NCBI GenBank assembly: GCA_965223415.1
Contig: OZ245002.1
Coordinates: 1,696,001-1,760,000 of the forward strand
DNA: 64,000 nt
Reading direction: 5' to 3'
Source of the DNA: Myxococcota bacterium
Lineage (GTDB): Bacteria; Myxococcota_A; UBA9160; UBA6930
Made by a program: the position numbers and the translations under genes. The first letter of the stretch is position 1, and every line of letters begins with the position of its first letter. This document shows positions 1-9,861 of the stretch, in pieces. The notes beneath the pieces were generated by a model, which was not told the origin of the DNA, did not search any database, and was given only the letters and a program-made list of their open reading frames with translations.

Positions 1-170
1 AGGCCGGTCAGGCGGGCCAGGAGGGCTTCGTCGCCGATGCCGGAGGCCTCGGCAATCTCGCGGCGCGCCCGGGCCTCGTCCCCGGTCATCGAGTCGCGGA
101 TCGCGCCGGCCTCACCGGAATAGAAGGCGTCCTGGAGGGAAGCGCCGGTCTTCTCGAGGGAGTCGCTCAT
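1..170 (-). CDS. Hypothetical protein, 5' part only (runs off the window)
   Basis: ATG at 170 opens MSDSLEKTGASLQDAFYSGEAG...EIAEASGIGDEALLARL, with no stop before base 1 and GC3-rich codons; divergent from the next gene. Confidence 0.65.
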   Translation of the reverse strand, partial: MSDSLEKTGASLQDAFYSGEAGAIRDSMTGDEARARREIAEASGIGDEALLARLTG

Positions 171-260
171 GGCGTGTGGGTACCGCAGCCGCGGGCCCCG
201 CGCACCGCGTGGGTCAGCTATCGTCCCCGCGCTTCGAAGGCCAGAAGGAGGGAGCGCGCG

Positions 261-998
261 ATGGCGGTTCGGGCCGAGCGTGTCGAGTTGACGGTGGATG
301 GCGCCAGCATGGGCGGCTACCTGGCGCGGCCGGAAGGCGACGGCCCCTTCCCGGGTGTGATCGTCTGGATGGAGATCTTCGGCATCAACTCCCACATCCG
401 CGACGTGACCGAGCGGGTGGCGGCCGAGGGCTACGTGGCGCTGGCGCCGGACTTCTTCCATCGCTCGCTACCGGGCATCGAGCTGGGCTACGACGACGCC
501 GGCATGGAGCAGGGCATGGAGGGCCTGGGCGCACTCGATGCGGACGAGATGATCGCCGACGCCCGGGCGGCCCTCGCCTTCCTGCGCGACCGCTCGGACG
601 TGACCGGGAAGATCGGCGCCATGGGCTTCTGCATCGGCGGCCACATGACCTATCTCACCGCCTGCGAGACCGACGTGGCCGCGGCGGCCTCCTTCTACGG
701 AGGCGGCATCGCGGCGCCGGCGGGCCCCGGCGGCAAGGATTCCACCGTCTCGCGCAGCGCGAAGATCACCGGACGCATCCTGTGCCTGTTCGGAGGACAG
801 GATGGGATGATCCCCCAGGAGCAGGTCGGCGCCGTCCGTGACGCCCTTCGGGCGGCGGGCACGCGACACGAGGTGGTCGTCTACGATCCGGCCGACCACG
901 GCTTCTTCTGCGACCAGCGCGCGACCTATCATTCGGAATCGGCCGCCGACGCCTGGGAACGGGTCAGGGCACTGTTCGCCGCGGAGCTGGCGGGCTAA
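261..998 (+). CDS. Dienelactone hydrolase family protein
   Basis: Motifs EIFGIN, GYVALAPD, nucleophile elbow GFCIGG, HGFFCD; AAGGAGG upstream of ATG 261. Confidence 0.92.
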   Translation: MAVRAERVELTVDGASMGGYLARPEGDGPFPGVIVWMEIFGINSHIRDVTERVAAEGYVALAPDFFHRSLPGIELGYDDAGMEQGMEGLGALDADEMIADARAALAFLRDRSDVTGKIGAMGFCIGGHMTYLTACETDVAAAASFYGGGIAAPAGPGGKDSTVSRSAKITGRILCLFGGQDGMIPQEQVGAVRDALRAAGTRHEVVVYDPADHGFFCDQRATYHSESAADAWERVRALFAAELAG

Positions 999-1030
999 GG
1001 CCGCGCCGGCGGCCCACCGAGCCGGAAGCC

Positions 1031-1783
1031 ATGAGCATCGGCGACGAAGCGGATGTCCGGGGCCTCCAGGCGATCGGCCGGGTGGTGGCGCGCTGCGTTC
1101 GCGAGATGAGCGCGGCCCTCGAGCCGGGCATCACCACGGCGGAGCTGGACGGGATCGGCGCCGCGTTCCTCGCGCGACACGACGCGGAATCCGCGCCGCA
1201 GGTCACCTACGACTTCCCGGCCGCCACCTGCATCAGCGTCAACGAGGTCGTGGCCCACGGCATTCCGGGCGAACGGAGGGTGGAGGCCGGCGACCTGGTC
1301 CACATCGACGTGTCGGCCCGCAGCCGCGACGGCTACTTCGCGGATACCGGCGCCAGCTTCCCGGTGCCGCCGGCATCGGAGCGGGATCGGCGCCTCTGCG
1401 CCACGGCGAAGCTCGCCCTTCGGGAGGGCGTCAAGGCCGCCCGGCCGGGTCGGCGCATTGGACGTATCGGGCGGGCCTTCGAGAAGACGGCGCGGCGCGC
1501 GGGCTTCGCGACGATCCGGAACCTCTGCTCCCACGGCGTGGGGCGTGCCTTGCACGAGGAACCCACGGAGATCCTGGGCTACGACGAGCCGGCCGACGAC
1601 CGGCGCCTGACGGAGGGCCAGGTATTGGCGATCGAGCCCTTCGTCACCGACGGTGGGCCCTTCGTGACCGAGGCGGACGACGGCTGGTCCCTGCTCACGG
1701 AGCCGGACCGGCGGGCGGCCCAATTCGAACACACGGTCATCCTGACGCGAACGAAGCCGATCGTCGTGACGCTCCCCGCCTGA
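1031..1783 (+). CDS. map: Methionine aminopeptidase type I
   Basis: CISVNEVVAHGIP, DLVHIDVS, HGVGRALHEEP, AIEPF, AQFEHTV. Confidence 0.95.
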   Translation: MSIGDEADVRGLQAIGRVVARCVREMSAALEPGITTAELDGIGAAFLARHDAESAPQVTYDFPAATCISVNEVVAHGIPGERRVEAGDLVHIDVSARSRDGYFADTGASFPVPPASERDRRLCATAKLALREGVKAARPGRRIGRIGRAFEKTARRAGFATIRNLCSHGVGRALHEEPTEILGYDEPADDRRLTEGQVLAIEPFVTDGGPFVTEADDGWSLLTEPDRRAAQFEHTVILTRTKPIVVTLPA

Positions 1784-1878
1784 AGGGAAACGGACCCAGC
1801 CGCGGACGGCGGGGCGTGCGGGTCACGCGTCGTCTGAAGTAGGCTCGCGATGATGGGGGCGCCGAGGAGGAGGCGCCC

Positions 1879-3171
1879 GTGAGCGAAGTCGCGTGCGTGT
1901 TCGGACCGGTCCTCGAAGAGGTGCGGGCCCGCGGGGTCGCGCCGGAGACCTTCATCGAGGGAATCGGGTTCGACGCGGACCACCTCTGTGACCCGCGCCA
2001 GCGCATCCCGTGGGAGGCCTTCACGGAGCTGGCGCAGCGCGCCTCGGCCATCCTGGGCCCGGACGGACTCGCGGACGTCGCCGCCCGCTCCGCCGTGCGT
2101 TCGGTTCCGAGCCTGGTGCGACGGGTGCTGCACCACTTCGGCGACGCGCGTCCCATCTACCGCATCGGCGCCCGTTGGTGGGGGCCCCGGATCTTCCGCA
2201 CGACCCGAGCGACCTGCGAGGTGTTGGAGGACGGGCGCGTGCGCGAGGTGATCGAGATCCTCCCCGAGTACCGGGAATCGCCGGAGTTCTTCCGCGGCGT
2301 CCAGGCCCTGCTGCGGGTCATGCCGCTGCTGTTCGGCCTGCCCGAAGCGACGGTGGAGCTGCGACAGGACGGACGCCGCGGGGAGTTCCTCATCGCGCCG
2401 CCGCCCGGACGTCGTCCGGTGATCCGATCGCGCCGCAAGCGCGGCACCGCGGTGCTGGACGAGAAGCTGCGCGAGCACGCGCGCCGGAGCCGTGCCTCGG
2501 CGGCGCGACCAGCCGAGCAGCTGCGGCTGCTCGAAGACCTGGGCCTTCGCCTCGCACAGGTACACGACGTCTGCGGGCTCGTGCGGACGGTGGCGAGCCT
2601 GCTCGAGGAGCACCTGGACGTCCACGGCGTGCGGCTCTCCCGCGCGGGCGGGGGCGGCGCCGAGCACGCGACCAGCCTCCTGGCCGAGGCCGGCGACGTG
2701 GCGGGCCCGTCGACCTCCCGCCTGCCGCTTCGCACCGGGGGACGCGCCGTCGGTGAGCTGGAGCTGTGGGGCGAGCAGGGCAACGAGGAAGAACGGGTCG
2801 CGGCACTCGCGCCCTGGATCGCCCTCGCCCTCGCCAACCTCCCAGCGCCCGGGCTCTCTTCACCCGCCGACCTGGCGGCGCACCTCCACGAGCTGGGCCC
2901 GGAGGTTGCCGCACGAGTCGATTCGGAGACCCTGCTCCTCCTCGAAGACGACGAGCTCCTGCGCATGGTGGTGGGCTCGCTCTTCGAAGACGCCGGCTTC
3001 CAGGTGCTCGAGCATCGGGCCGATCCGACCGAGGTCCCTGACGACGATGCGGAGGCCGCCCTGCTGGTGGCCGATTGGAGCCGCTCCCTCGACCCGGCTT
3101 TCCTGAGCGGGATCGAGCGCCTCCGCCCCCACCTGCGCGGGATCCTCCTGCTGCCCCTGCGCGAGCTCTAG
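1879..3171 (+). CDS. Putative signalling protein: N-terminal ligand-binding-like region, GAF-like middle, degenerate C-terminal receiver domain
   Basis: GAGGAGG before GTG 1879; C-terminus LLLLEDDELLR...AGFQV...LLVAD resembles a REC domain; no kinase H-box or HTH seen. Confidence 0.55.
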   Translation: MSEVACVFGPVLEEVRARGVAPETFIEGIGFDADHLCDPRQRIPWEAFTELAQRASAILGPDGLADVAARSAVRSVPSLVRRVLHHFGDARPIYRIGARWWGPRIFRTTRATCEVLEDGRVREVIEILPEYRESPEFFRGVQALLRVMPLLFGLPEATVELRQDGRRGEFLIAPPPGRRPVIRSRRKRGTAVLDEKLREHARRSRASAARPAEQLRLLEDLGLRLAQVHDVCGLVRTVASLLEEHLDVHGVRLSRAGGGGAEHATSLLAEAGDVAGPSTSRLPLRTGGRAVGELELWGEQGNEEERVAALAPWIALALANLPAPGLSSPADLAAHLHELGPEVAARVDSETLLLLEDDELLRMVVGSLFEDAGFQVLEHRADPTEVPDDDAEAALLVADWSRSLDPAFLSGIERLRPHLRGILLLPLREL

Positions 3172-3252
3172 TGTGTCGCGCGCCACAGTGCGCGCCCCCT
3201 GAGCGGCCGATGGGTGGGGCTTGCCCTCTCGACGAGGGGGCGAGCTCCCCCC

Positions 3253-5673
3253 ATGTCCGCCTTCTCCGACCTGCTCGACGCCTGCGACGCCGTGGGCGAT
3301 CTCGCGACCGAGCTCGGCGTCGGGCTGCTGCACGCCGAGGACGACGCCTTCGACGGGCGTCACGTCTCCGTGGGCGGACGGCGGCTCCTCCAGTTCGTCT
3401 CCTGCAGCACCCTCGGTCTCGAGCTCGACCCGCGGCTGATCGAGGGCGCGGTCGACGCGGTCCGGCGCTTCGGTACCCAGCTCTCGGTCTCCCGGGCGTT
3501 CCTCTCCGCTCCGCCCTACGCCGGGCTCGAGGAGCGCCTGGCCGAGATCACCGGCGGGCCTGCCATCGTCACGCCGAACACCACCCTGGCCACGGCTTCG
3601 GCGCTTCCTTCGCTGATCGGCGAGGAGGATGCGGTCCTCCTCGACCATCAAGTCCACGCGACCGTTCACCTCGCGATGCCGCTGCTTCAGCGCATGGGCA
3701 TTCCAGTGGAGCTGGTGCGCCACGGCCGCCTCGATCGCCTCGAAGAGCGGGTGCGGGCGCTCTCCGAGCGACACCGCCGTGTGTGGTTCGGGATCGACGG
3801 CGTCTACAGCATGCACGGCGACCTGGCGCCGATCGAAGCCCTCGCCTGGCTGCTTTCCCGGCATGAGTCGCTGCACCTGTTCATCGACGACGCCCACGGT
3901 ATGTCGTGGACGGGAACGAACGGGCGCGGTCACGCCCTCGAGCACCTGCCCGAACGCGAGCGCGTCGTCGTGGCGCTCTCCCTCAACAAGAGCTTCGGTG
4001 CCGGCGGCGGGGCGCTGGTGCTGCCGGACGAGGCGACCCGTCGTCGCGTTCGCCAGACGGCCGGTCCGCTGCTCTTCACGGGCCCGCTCCAGCCGCCGGT
4101 CCTGGGCGCCGCCCTCGCCTCGGCTCGCATCCACCAGTCCGCCGAGATCGCCACGCTCCAGGCCGAGCTGCGCGAGCGGATCCGGCACGCCAACCACCGC
4201 GCCCGCGAGCTCGGTCTCCCGCTGCTTCACGATCGCCAGGAGGCTCCGATCCGCTTCGTCGGCCTGGGACCGCGCCTCGCATCGACGGCGATGGCCAGCC
4301 ACCTGAAGGAGCGCGGCCTGCTCCCGAGCTGCGCACTCTTCCCGGCGGTCCCGGCCCACCAGACGGGTATCCGCTTCACCGTCACCCGCCACCACACGTT
4401 GGAGGACATCGATCGCCTGCTGGAGGAGATGGCCGCGGCCCTGCCCCGCGCCCTGGCAGCGGGAGGGGTGAGCCGAGCGGACGTGGACCGGGCCTTCCAC
4501 CTGGGGGCCGGAACGCCGCCCCCGGCGGAGACCCGGGACCTGCGCTGTGAGCACCACACGGAGATCGACGGTCTGGATACCGAGGAGTGGGACCGGCTGA
4601 TGGGCGACCGCGGCTGCTTCGACGCCGCCTCGCTGCGCTTCCTGCAGGAGACCTTCTCTTCCCACCAGAAGCCCGAGAACCGTTGGCGCTTCCACTACCT
4701 GCGGGTCGCCGACACGGCGAACCGCACACTGGCCGCGACCTTCCTCACCGAAGCGTGGATGAAGGACGACATGTTCGCGGAGCCGCGGGTCTCCCGAGGG
4801 ATCGAGCGGACGCGAGAGCACCAGCCCTTTTTTCTGACCTCCCGCGTGCTGACGATGGGCTCGCCCCTGACTGAGGGCGACGCCCTCTTTCTCGACCGCG
4901 AACGCGGCTGGCGGAGCGCCCTCGAGCTACTCCTCGCTCGGGCGTCCCAGCTGGCGGAAGCGGCCGACGTGGAGCTGGTGGCCCTCCGCGACCTCCCGGC
5001 CGACGACCCGGAGCTCGCGCGCGCGCTGCTCGAGGCGGGCTTCACAAGGCTCGCGGCCCCGGAGAGCCTGGAGGTCACACGCACGTGGAGGACCCGCGAG
5101 GCGTACCTCGCCGGCCTCAGCAAGCGCGCCCGCCGCTTCCAGCGGCGCGAGGTGGAGCCCCACGACGACGAGTTCCGGGTGGCCGTGCTGCGATCCGGAG
5201 ACGAGATCTCCTCGGAGGTGTTCTTCCCGCGCCTCTACGAGCTCTACCAGAACGTCTGGAAACGGAACCTCCAGCTCAACACCTTCGCCCTGCCGCCGGA
5301 CCTGCTCCCGCGCATGCTCGACCACCCGGGCTTCGAGCTGGTGACGCTCACCCACCGGCAGGCGGCGAACCCGGCACTGCCCGACGCCTTCTTCGCCGCG
5401 CGCATCGCCGGCGACGCCTACACCCCGCTGCTGGTGGGGCTCGACTACCGGCTCGTGCGCGAGCACGGCGCCTATCGCCAGTGCCTGGCGTGGATGCTCC
5501 GACGCGCGGAGCAGCTCGACCTCCGGCAGATCCGGCTCGGCATGGGAGCTGCGCTCGAGAAGCGCCGCTTCGGTGCGCAGCCCGTGCAGCGGAGCGTCTG
5601 GGTGCAGGCCCGGGACCACTACCACGCGGACGTCCTAGCGGTGCTCTCGGGAGACGTGCGAACGCGAAGCTGA
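3253..5673 (+). CDS. Fusion of an alpha-oxoamine synthase (BioF/Spt-family PLP enzyme) and a GNAT/FemAB-like acyltransferase
   Basis: DHQVHA, DGVYSMHGD, DDAHG and SLNKSFG (PLP lysine); C-terminal half has YLAGLSKRARR, VGLDY and LEKRRFGA, typical of GNAT/FemAB-like domains. Confidence 0.85.
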   Translation: MSAFSDLLDACDAVGDLATELGVGLLHAEDDAFDGRHVSVGGRRLLQFVSCSTLGLELDPRLIEGAVDAVRRFGTQLSVSRAFLSAPPYAGLEERLAEITGGPAIVTPNTTLATASALPSLIGEEDAVLLDHQVHATVHLAMPLLQRMGIPVELVRHGRLDRLEERVRALSERHRRVWFGIDGVYSMHGDLAPIEALAWLLSRHESLHLFIDDAHGMSWTGTNGRGHALEHLPERERVVVALSLNKSFGAGGGALVLPDEATRRRVRQTAGPLLFTGPLQPPVLGAALASARIHQSAEIATLQAELRERIRHANHRARELGLPLLHDRQEAPIRFVGLGPRLASTAMASHLKERGLLPSCALFPAVPAHQTGIRFTVTRHHTLEDIDRLLEEMAAALPRALAAGGVSRADVDRAFHLGAGTPPPAETRDLRCEHHTEIDGLDTEEWDRLMGDRGCFDAASLRFLQETFSSHQKPENRWRFHYLRVADTANRTLAATFLTEAWMKDDMFAEPRVSRGIERTREHQPFFLTSRVLTMGSPLTEGDALFLDRERGWRSALELLLARASQLAEAADVELVALRDLPADDPELARALLEAGFTRLAAPESLEVTRTWRTREAYLAGLSKRARRFQRREVEPHDDEFRVAVLRSGDEISSEVFFPRLYELYQNVWKRNLQLNTFALPPDLLPRMLDHPGFELVTLTHRQAANPALPDAFFAARIAGDAYTPLLVGLDYRLVREHGAYRQCLAWMLRRAEQLDLRQIRLGMGAALEKRRFGAQPVQRSVWVQARDHYHADVLAVLSGDVRTRS

Positions 5674-5690
5674 GACGATCGCGCCAGTCC

Positions 5691-6458
5691 CTACAGCGGA
5701 CACCCCGCTTCGTTGAGCTCCGCGAAGGCGTCCTTCTGGGGCTCCACGTCCCCGCTGTCGTAGGCAGCCTGGAAGGCTGAGATGACGTCGCTCGTCGTGA
5801 GCGGGTAGGAAACACCCGGGTGAGAAGCGCTCAGGAGCGCCGCGACCGTGTGGCGCAACAAGGCGTCGAGGCCGCCGCCCCGAGCCCGGAGAGCCTCCCA
5901 TAGGCTCAGGCCGCCGACGTCGCGGCCGAACACCGCCGCGAAGTCGTCGCCGGGCGCGAAACCGATCCATGCACCGAAGTGGTGACGCTGCTTCCAGTAG
6001 CCGGGCGTACAGCCCTGGCCGCCGGCGGGCGGCTCTTCGACGGTGACCGTCGCGGTCGCCGTGTCCGAGCAGAGCAGCAGCCCGTTGATGGCCGAGCCGT
6101 CGGCCGTGGCGACGTTCGTGGTCGTGACGCCAATGGTCGCATTGGCCGTGAGGACCACGGACGGAGCGCCCACCGGGATGGGGCCGGTGTTGCCGATGGG
6201 TCCGAGGTGGTCGTCGCCGACGGTGACGTCATCGAGATCGAAGAACGGGTTCACGTTCGAGACGACGTACGTGTAGGTGACGTCGGTCCCGGCCGGAACG
6301 ACGCAGCTCACGGCCGCCGGAACGCCCGCCGCGGAGCAGGTCTTGCTGATCGACACCTCGCAGAAGTCCTGGGCTCCCTGGGCCCAGAGCGGTGCGGCGA
6401 GAAGAGAAGCGACGAGGGCAACAGCGATCGTGAGTGAGGTGCGGAACGGGGTACGCAT
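5691..6458 (-). CDS. Secreted protein with an Ig-like repeat and a C-terminal GCTPGYWK domain
   Basis: Signal peptide MRTPFRTSLTIAVALVASLLAAPLWA; VTYTYVVSN...VTVGDD beta-rich segment; GCTPGYWK...NEAGCPL. Confidence 0.7.
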   Translation of the reverse strand: MRTPFRTSLTIAVALVASLLAAPLWAQGAQDFCEVSISKTCSAAGVPAAVSCVVPAGTDVTYTYVVSNVNPFFDLDDVTVGDDHLGPIGNTGPIPVGAPSVVLTANATIGVTTTNVATADGSAINGLLLCSDTATATVTVEEPPAGGQGCTPGYWKQRHHFGAWIGFAPGDDFAAVFGRDVGGLSLWEALRARGGGLDALLRHTVAALLSASHPGVSYPLTTSDVISAFQAAYDSGDVEPQKDAFAELNEAGCPL

Positions 6459-6592
6459 GGGGGCTCCTTCGGAGATCAATCGGGGTTTCGAGACGATACG
6501 GCAGCTTCGAGATCCGCTCGATTCCTCATTTGGGGGGGGCAGGGGCCGCGGCCGTTGCACATCCCCGCGGGAATTGCTTCCCTTCCCCGGCC

Positions 6593-7873
6593 ATGCTGGA
6601 CCCCCGAAGCCTCGCCGAGCGGCGCGACGAGATCGAGGAGAGCTGCCGGAAGCGCGGCGTCGCCGGAGACGTGGCGGGCGCGGCGGCCCTCTACGAGCAG
6701 GTCGCGGCGCGACAGACCGAGCTGAACGAAGCCAACCGCCGCCGAAACGAGCACCAGAAGGCCGGCAAGAAGAAGCTCGACGACGAGGCGCGCGCCGCCC
6801 ACACCGCCGAGGGCCGAGCCCTCAAGGAGGCGGTGGCCCGCATCGAGACGGAGCTGTCCTCGGGCCGCGCCCGCCTCGAGGAGCTGCTCGGCGCGCTTCC
6901 GAACTTCGTCCACCCGGACGTCCCGGAAGGCGGCGAGGAGGACTTCCGCGAGCTGCGCCGCGTGGGCGAGCCAGCCGCCTTCGACTTCGAGGCCCGCGAC
7001 CACCTGGAGATCGGCGCGCACCTCGACCTGCTCGATTTCGAGGGCGGCGCCCGGGTGGCGGGCAACAAGTTCTACTACCTGAAGAACGGCGCCGTGCTGC
7101 TCGAGCTGGCGCTGCAGCGCTACGCGCTGGACGTGCTGCTCGAGGACGGCTTCGTCCCCTACGTCACGCCGGATCTCGCGCGTCCGGAGATCGTGGCCGG
7201 CATCGGCTACAACCCGCGCGGCGAGGAGACCCAGATCTACTCCCTGGCCAACGCGGACCTGTGTCTCGTCGGGACCGCGGAGATCACACTCGGCGGTCTC
7301 TACGCCGACACCATCCTCGAGGAGGAGGAGCTGCCGCTCAAGCTCGCGGGCATCTCCCACTGTTTCCGCACCGAGGCCGGCGCCGCGGGGCGCGAGAGCA
7401 AGGGGCTCTACCGGGTGCACCAGTTCACCAAGGTCGAGATGTTCGCCATCACGCGCCCCGAGGACTCGGAGGCGATGCACGACCACCTGCTGGCCCTGGA
7501 GGAGAAGATCTTCGGTGGGCTCGAGCTGCCCTACCGGGTGATCGACATCGCATCCGGCGATCTCGGTGCCCCGGCCTATCGCAAGTTCGACATCGAGGCG
7601 TGGATGCCCGGACGGGGGGACGACGGCTCCTACGGCGAGGTATCGAGCACCTCGAACTGCACCGACTACCAGGCGCGGCGGCTCAAGACCCGCTTCCGAC
7701 GCAAGGGCACGAAGAAGAACGAGCTCGTGCACATGCTGAACGGCACCGCCGTCGCCAACTCGCGGGCGATCCTGGCGCTGCTCGAGAACCACCAGCGCGC
7801 CGACGGGACCCTCTCCGTGCCGAAGGCCCTCCAGCCCTACGTCGGCCGGGAGACGATCGGCTCCGGCGCGTGA
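6593..7873 (+). CDS. serS: Serine--tRNA ligase
   Basis: MLD start, coiled-coil N-terminus, GTAEI, CFRTEAG, YRVHQFTKVEMF, SNCTDYQARR, HMLNGTA. Confidence 0.97.
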   Translation: MLDPRSLAERRDEIEESCRKRGVAGDVAGAAALYEQVAARQTELNEANRRRNEHQKAGKKKLDDEARAAHTAEGRALKEAVARIETELSSGRARLEELLGALPNFVHPDVPEGGEEDFRELRRVGEPAAFDFEARDHLEIGAHLDLLDFEGGARVAGNKFYYLKNGAVLLELALQRYALDVLLEDGFVPYVTPDLARPEIVAGIGYNPRGEETQIYSLANADLCLVGTAEITLGGLYADTILEEEELPLKLAGISHCFRTEAGAAGRESKGLYRVHQFTKVEMFAITRPEDSEAMHDHLLALEEKIFGGLELPYRVIDIASGDLGAPAYRKFDIEAWMPGRGDDGSYGEVSSTSNCTDYQARRLKTRFRRKGTKKNELVHMLNGTAVANSRAILALLENHQRADGTLSVPKALQPYVGRETIGSGA

Positions 7874-9825
7874 CCCGGGAGAGCGGGAAGGAGGCGGAGC
7901 GCCCTCCGCTCATCCTCGGAACCGCCGGGCACATCGACCACGGCAAGACCTCGCTGATCCAGGCCCTGACCGGTGTCGACACCGATCGGCTGCCGGAGGA
8001 GAAGGCGCGGGGCATCACCATCGAGCTGGGCTTCGCGCCCCTCGATCTCGACGCGGGGCTGCGCCTCGGCGTGGTGGACGTCCCGGGCCACGAGGGGCTC
8101 GTGCGCACCATGGTGGCGGGCGCGGCGGGCATCGACCTGGTGCTGATGGTGGTCGCTGCCGACGAAGGCGTGATGCCCCAGACCCGCGAGCACCTGGCGA
8201 TCTGCGACCTGCTGGGGCTCCGGCTCGGGGTGGTGGCGCTCACCAAGACCGATCTCGTCGACGAGGAGACCGTGGGCCTCGCCCGGGAGGAGGTGACGGA
8301 CCTGGTGGGCGAGACCTGCCTGGCCGGCGCCTCCGTGGTGCCAGTCTCCGCGCGCTCCGGCGAGGGCGTGCCCGAGCTGCGCGACGCGCTCCGCACCGCG
8401 GCCCGCGCCGCCGTAGCCCGCACGCCCCGCACCGGCCCGCCCCGCCTGTGGGTGGACCGACGTTTCGAGATGCGCGGCTTCGGCAGCGTCGTGACCGGCA
8501 CCCTCGTCGGTGCGCCGCTGGCGGTGGGCGACCCGGTGGAGCTGCATCCGACGGGGGCCGTCGGCCGCATCCGCGGCCTCCAGAGCTTCGGCGAGAAGGC
8601 GGAGCGCGTTCGGCCCGGCGCCCGGTGCGCGGTGAACGTGCAGGCCGTCCCCCTCGCCGAGCTCTCGCGGGGGCTGCTCCTCACCCGCCCCGGCGCCCTC
8701 GCACCGACGAGCTGCTTCGACGCGGAGCTGCACTGGCTCCCGGGAGCGCCGCCGCTCGGGGGCGACCCGACCTCGGTGGAGCTGCTGAGCGGCACCGCCG
8801 AGCGCCGCGCCCGCGTCGCGCCGATCGGCGCCGCCGTGATCGAGGCGGGAACGAAGTCCTTCGTCCGGGTCCACGTGGACGGCGAGCCGCTGGCGCTCCT
8901 GCCCGGCGACCGCTTCGTGCTGCGCGGCTTCCACCGCGCCGAGCAGGCGGGCGCGACCCTCGGTGGAGGAGGCGTGCTCGACGTCGCGCCGCCCCAGCGC
9001 CGACGCAGCGATCCCGCGCTGCGGGAGGAGCTCGAGCGGTTGGCCCGGGGCGACCGCGTGACCTCCCTGCTCGCGCGGGTCGAGCGCGCCGGCTTCGCCG
9101 GCGCCGAGACCGAGCGTCTCGCCCGCGAGACCGGCCTCGGCCCGGACGAGGTGCGCGAAGCCCTCGCCGGCCACGAGGACGCCGTGCTGCCTCTGGGGCC
9201 CGAGCGATGGCTGGCCGCCGCCGCCGAGCAGGAGCTCGCCCGCCGCTTGCGCGTCGCCCTCAGCGCCTTCCACGATCGCCGGCCCCTGGAACCGGGCATG
9301 CCCCGTGCGACGCTCGGCGGCGCGCTCCCGCCGAACGTGCCCGGCGCCGCCTTCGAGCGACTCCTGGAGCGACTCGCGTCCGACGGCCGCATCGAGCTGG
9401 AGGAGAAACTCGTGCGCGCCGGCGATTTCGTGCCGCGCCTGAGCCAGCGGCAAGAGGCCCTCGCCGCCCGCCTCCGCGCCGACGCCATGATCGCAGGCCT
9501 CGAGCCGCCGACCCTGGCCGAGTGGAGCACCGAGCTCGGCGCCAGCGAGGACGAGCTGCGCCCGGTCCTCGCCCACCTGGAGCGCGACGGCTCCCTCACC
9601 CGCGCCCCCGGCGAGCTGTGGTTCGACCGGGTGGCCGTGGACGAGCTGCGCGCGCAGGTCACGGCCCATCTCGAGGCCCACGGCCAGCTTCCGACCCCGG
9701 CCTACAAAGAGATGATCGGGACCACCCGCAAGTACGCCGTCCCCCTGATGGAGCTCTTCGACGCCGAGCACCTGACAGTGCGCCGGGGGGAGGCACGGGT
9801 GCTGCGCCGGAGGCCGTCCAGCTAG
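7870..9825 (+). CDS. selB: Selenocysteine-specific translation elongation factor
   Basis: GTAGHIDHGKT, TDRLPEEKARGITIELGF, DVPGHE, C-terminal winged helix with TRKYAVPLME; GTG overlaps the serS TGA. Confidence 0.95.
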   Translation: MTRESGKEAERPPLILGTAGHIDHGKTSLIQALTGVDTDRLPEEKARGITIELGFAPLDLDAGLRLGVVDVPGHEGLVRTMVAGAAGIDLVLMVVAADEGVMPQTREHLAICDLLGLRLGVVALTKTDLVDEETVGLAREEVTDLVGETCLAGASVVPVSARSGEGVPELRDALRTAARAAVARTPRTGPPRLWVDRRFEMRGFGSVVTGTLVGAPLAVGDPVELHPTGAVGRIRGLQSFGEKAERVRPGARCAVNVQAVPLAELSRGLLLTRPGALAPTSCFDAELHWLPGAPPLGGDPTSVELLSGTAERRARVAPIGAAVIEAGTKSFVRVHVDGEPLALLPGDRFVLRGFHRAEQAGATLGGGGVLDVAPPQRRRSDPALREELERLARGDRVTSLLARVERAGFAGAETERLARETGLGPDEVREALAGHEDAVLPLGPERWLAAAAEQELARRLRVALSAFHDRRPLEPGMPRATLGGALPPNVPGAAFERLLERLASDGRIELEEKLVRAGDFVPRLSQRQEALAARLRADAMIAGLEPPTLAEWSTELGASEDELRPVLAHLERDGSLTRAPGELWFDRVAVDELRAQVTAHLEAHGQLPTPAYKEMIGTTRKYAVPLMELFDAEHLTVRRGEARVLRRRPSS

Positions 9826-9861
9826 GCCCCCGACCCCACATGATTGTGGTATTCTCACCCC

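Noticed and set aside
6277..9825. 1182-aa ORF suggesting a giant SelB fusion
   Set aside because: The N-terminal ~530 codons are an off-frame read-through of serS; SelB motifs begin only after GTG 7870.
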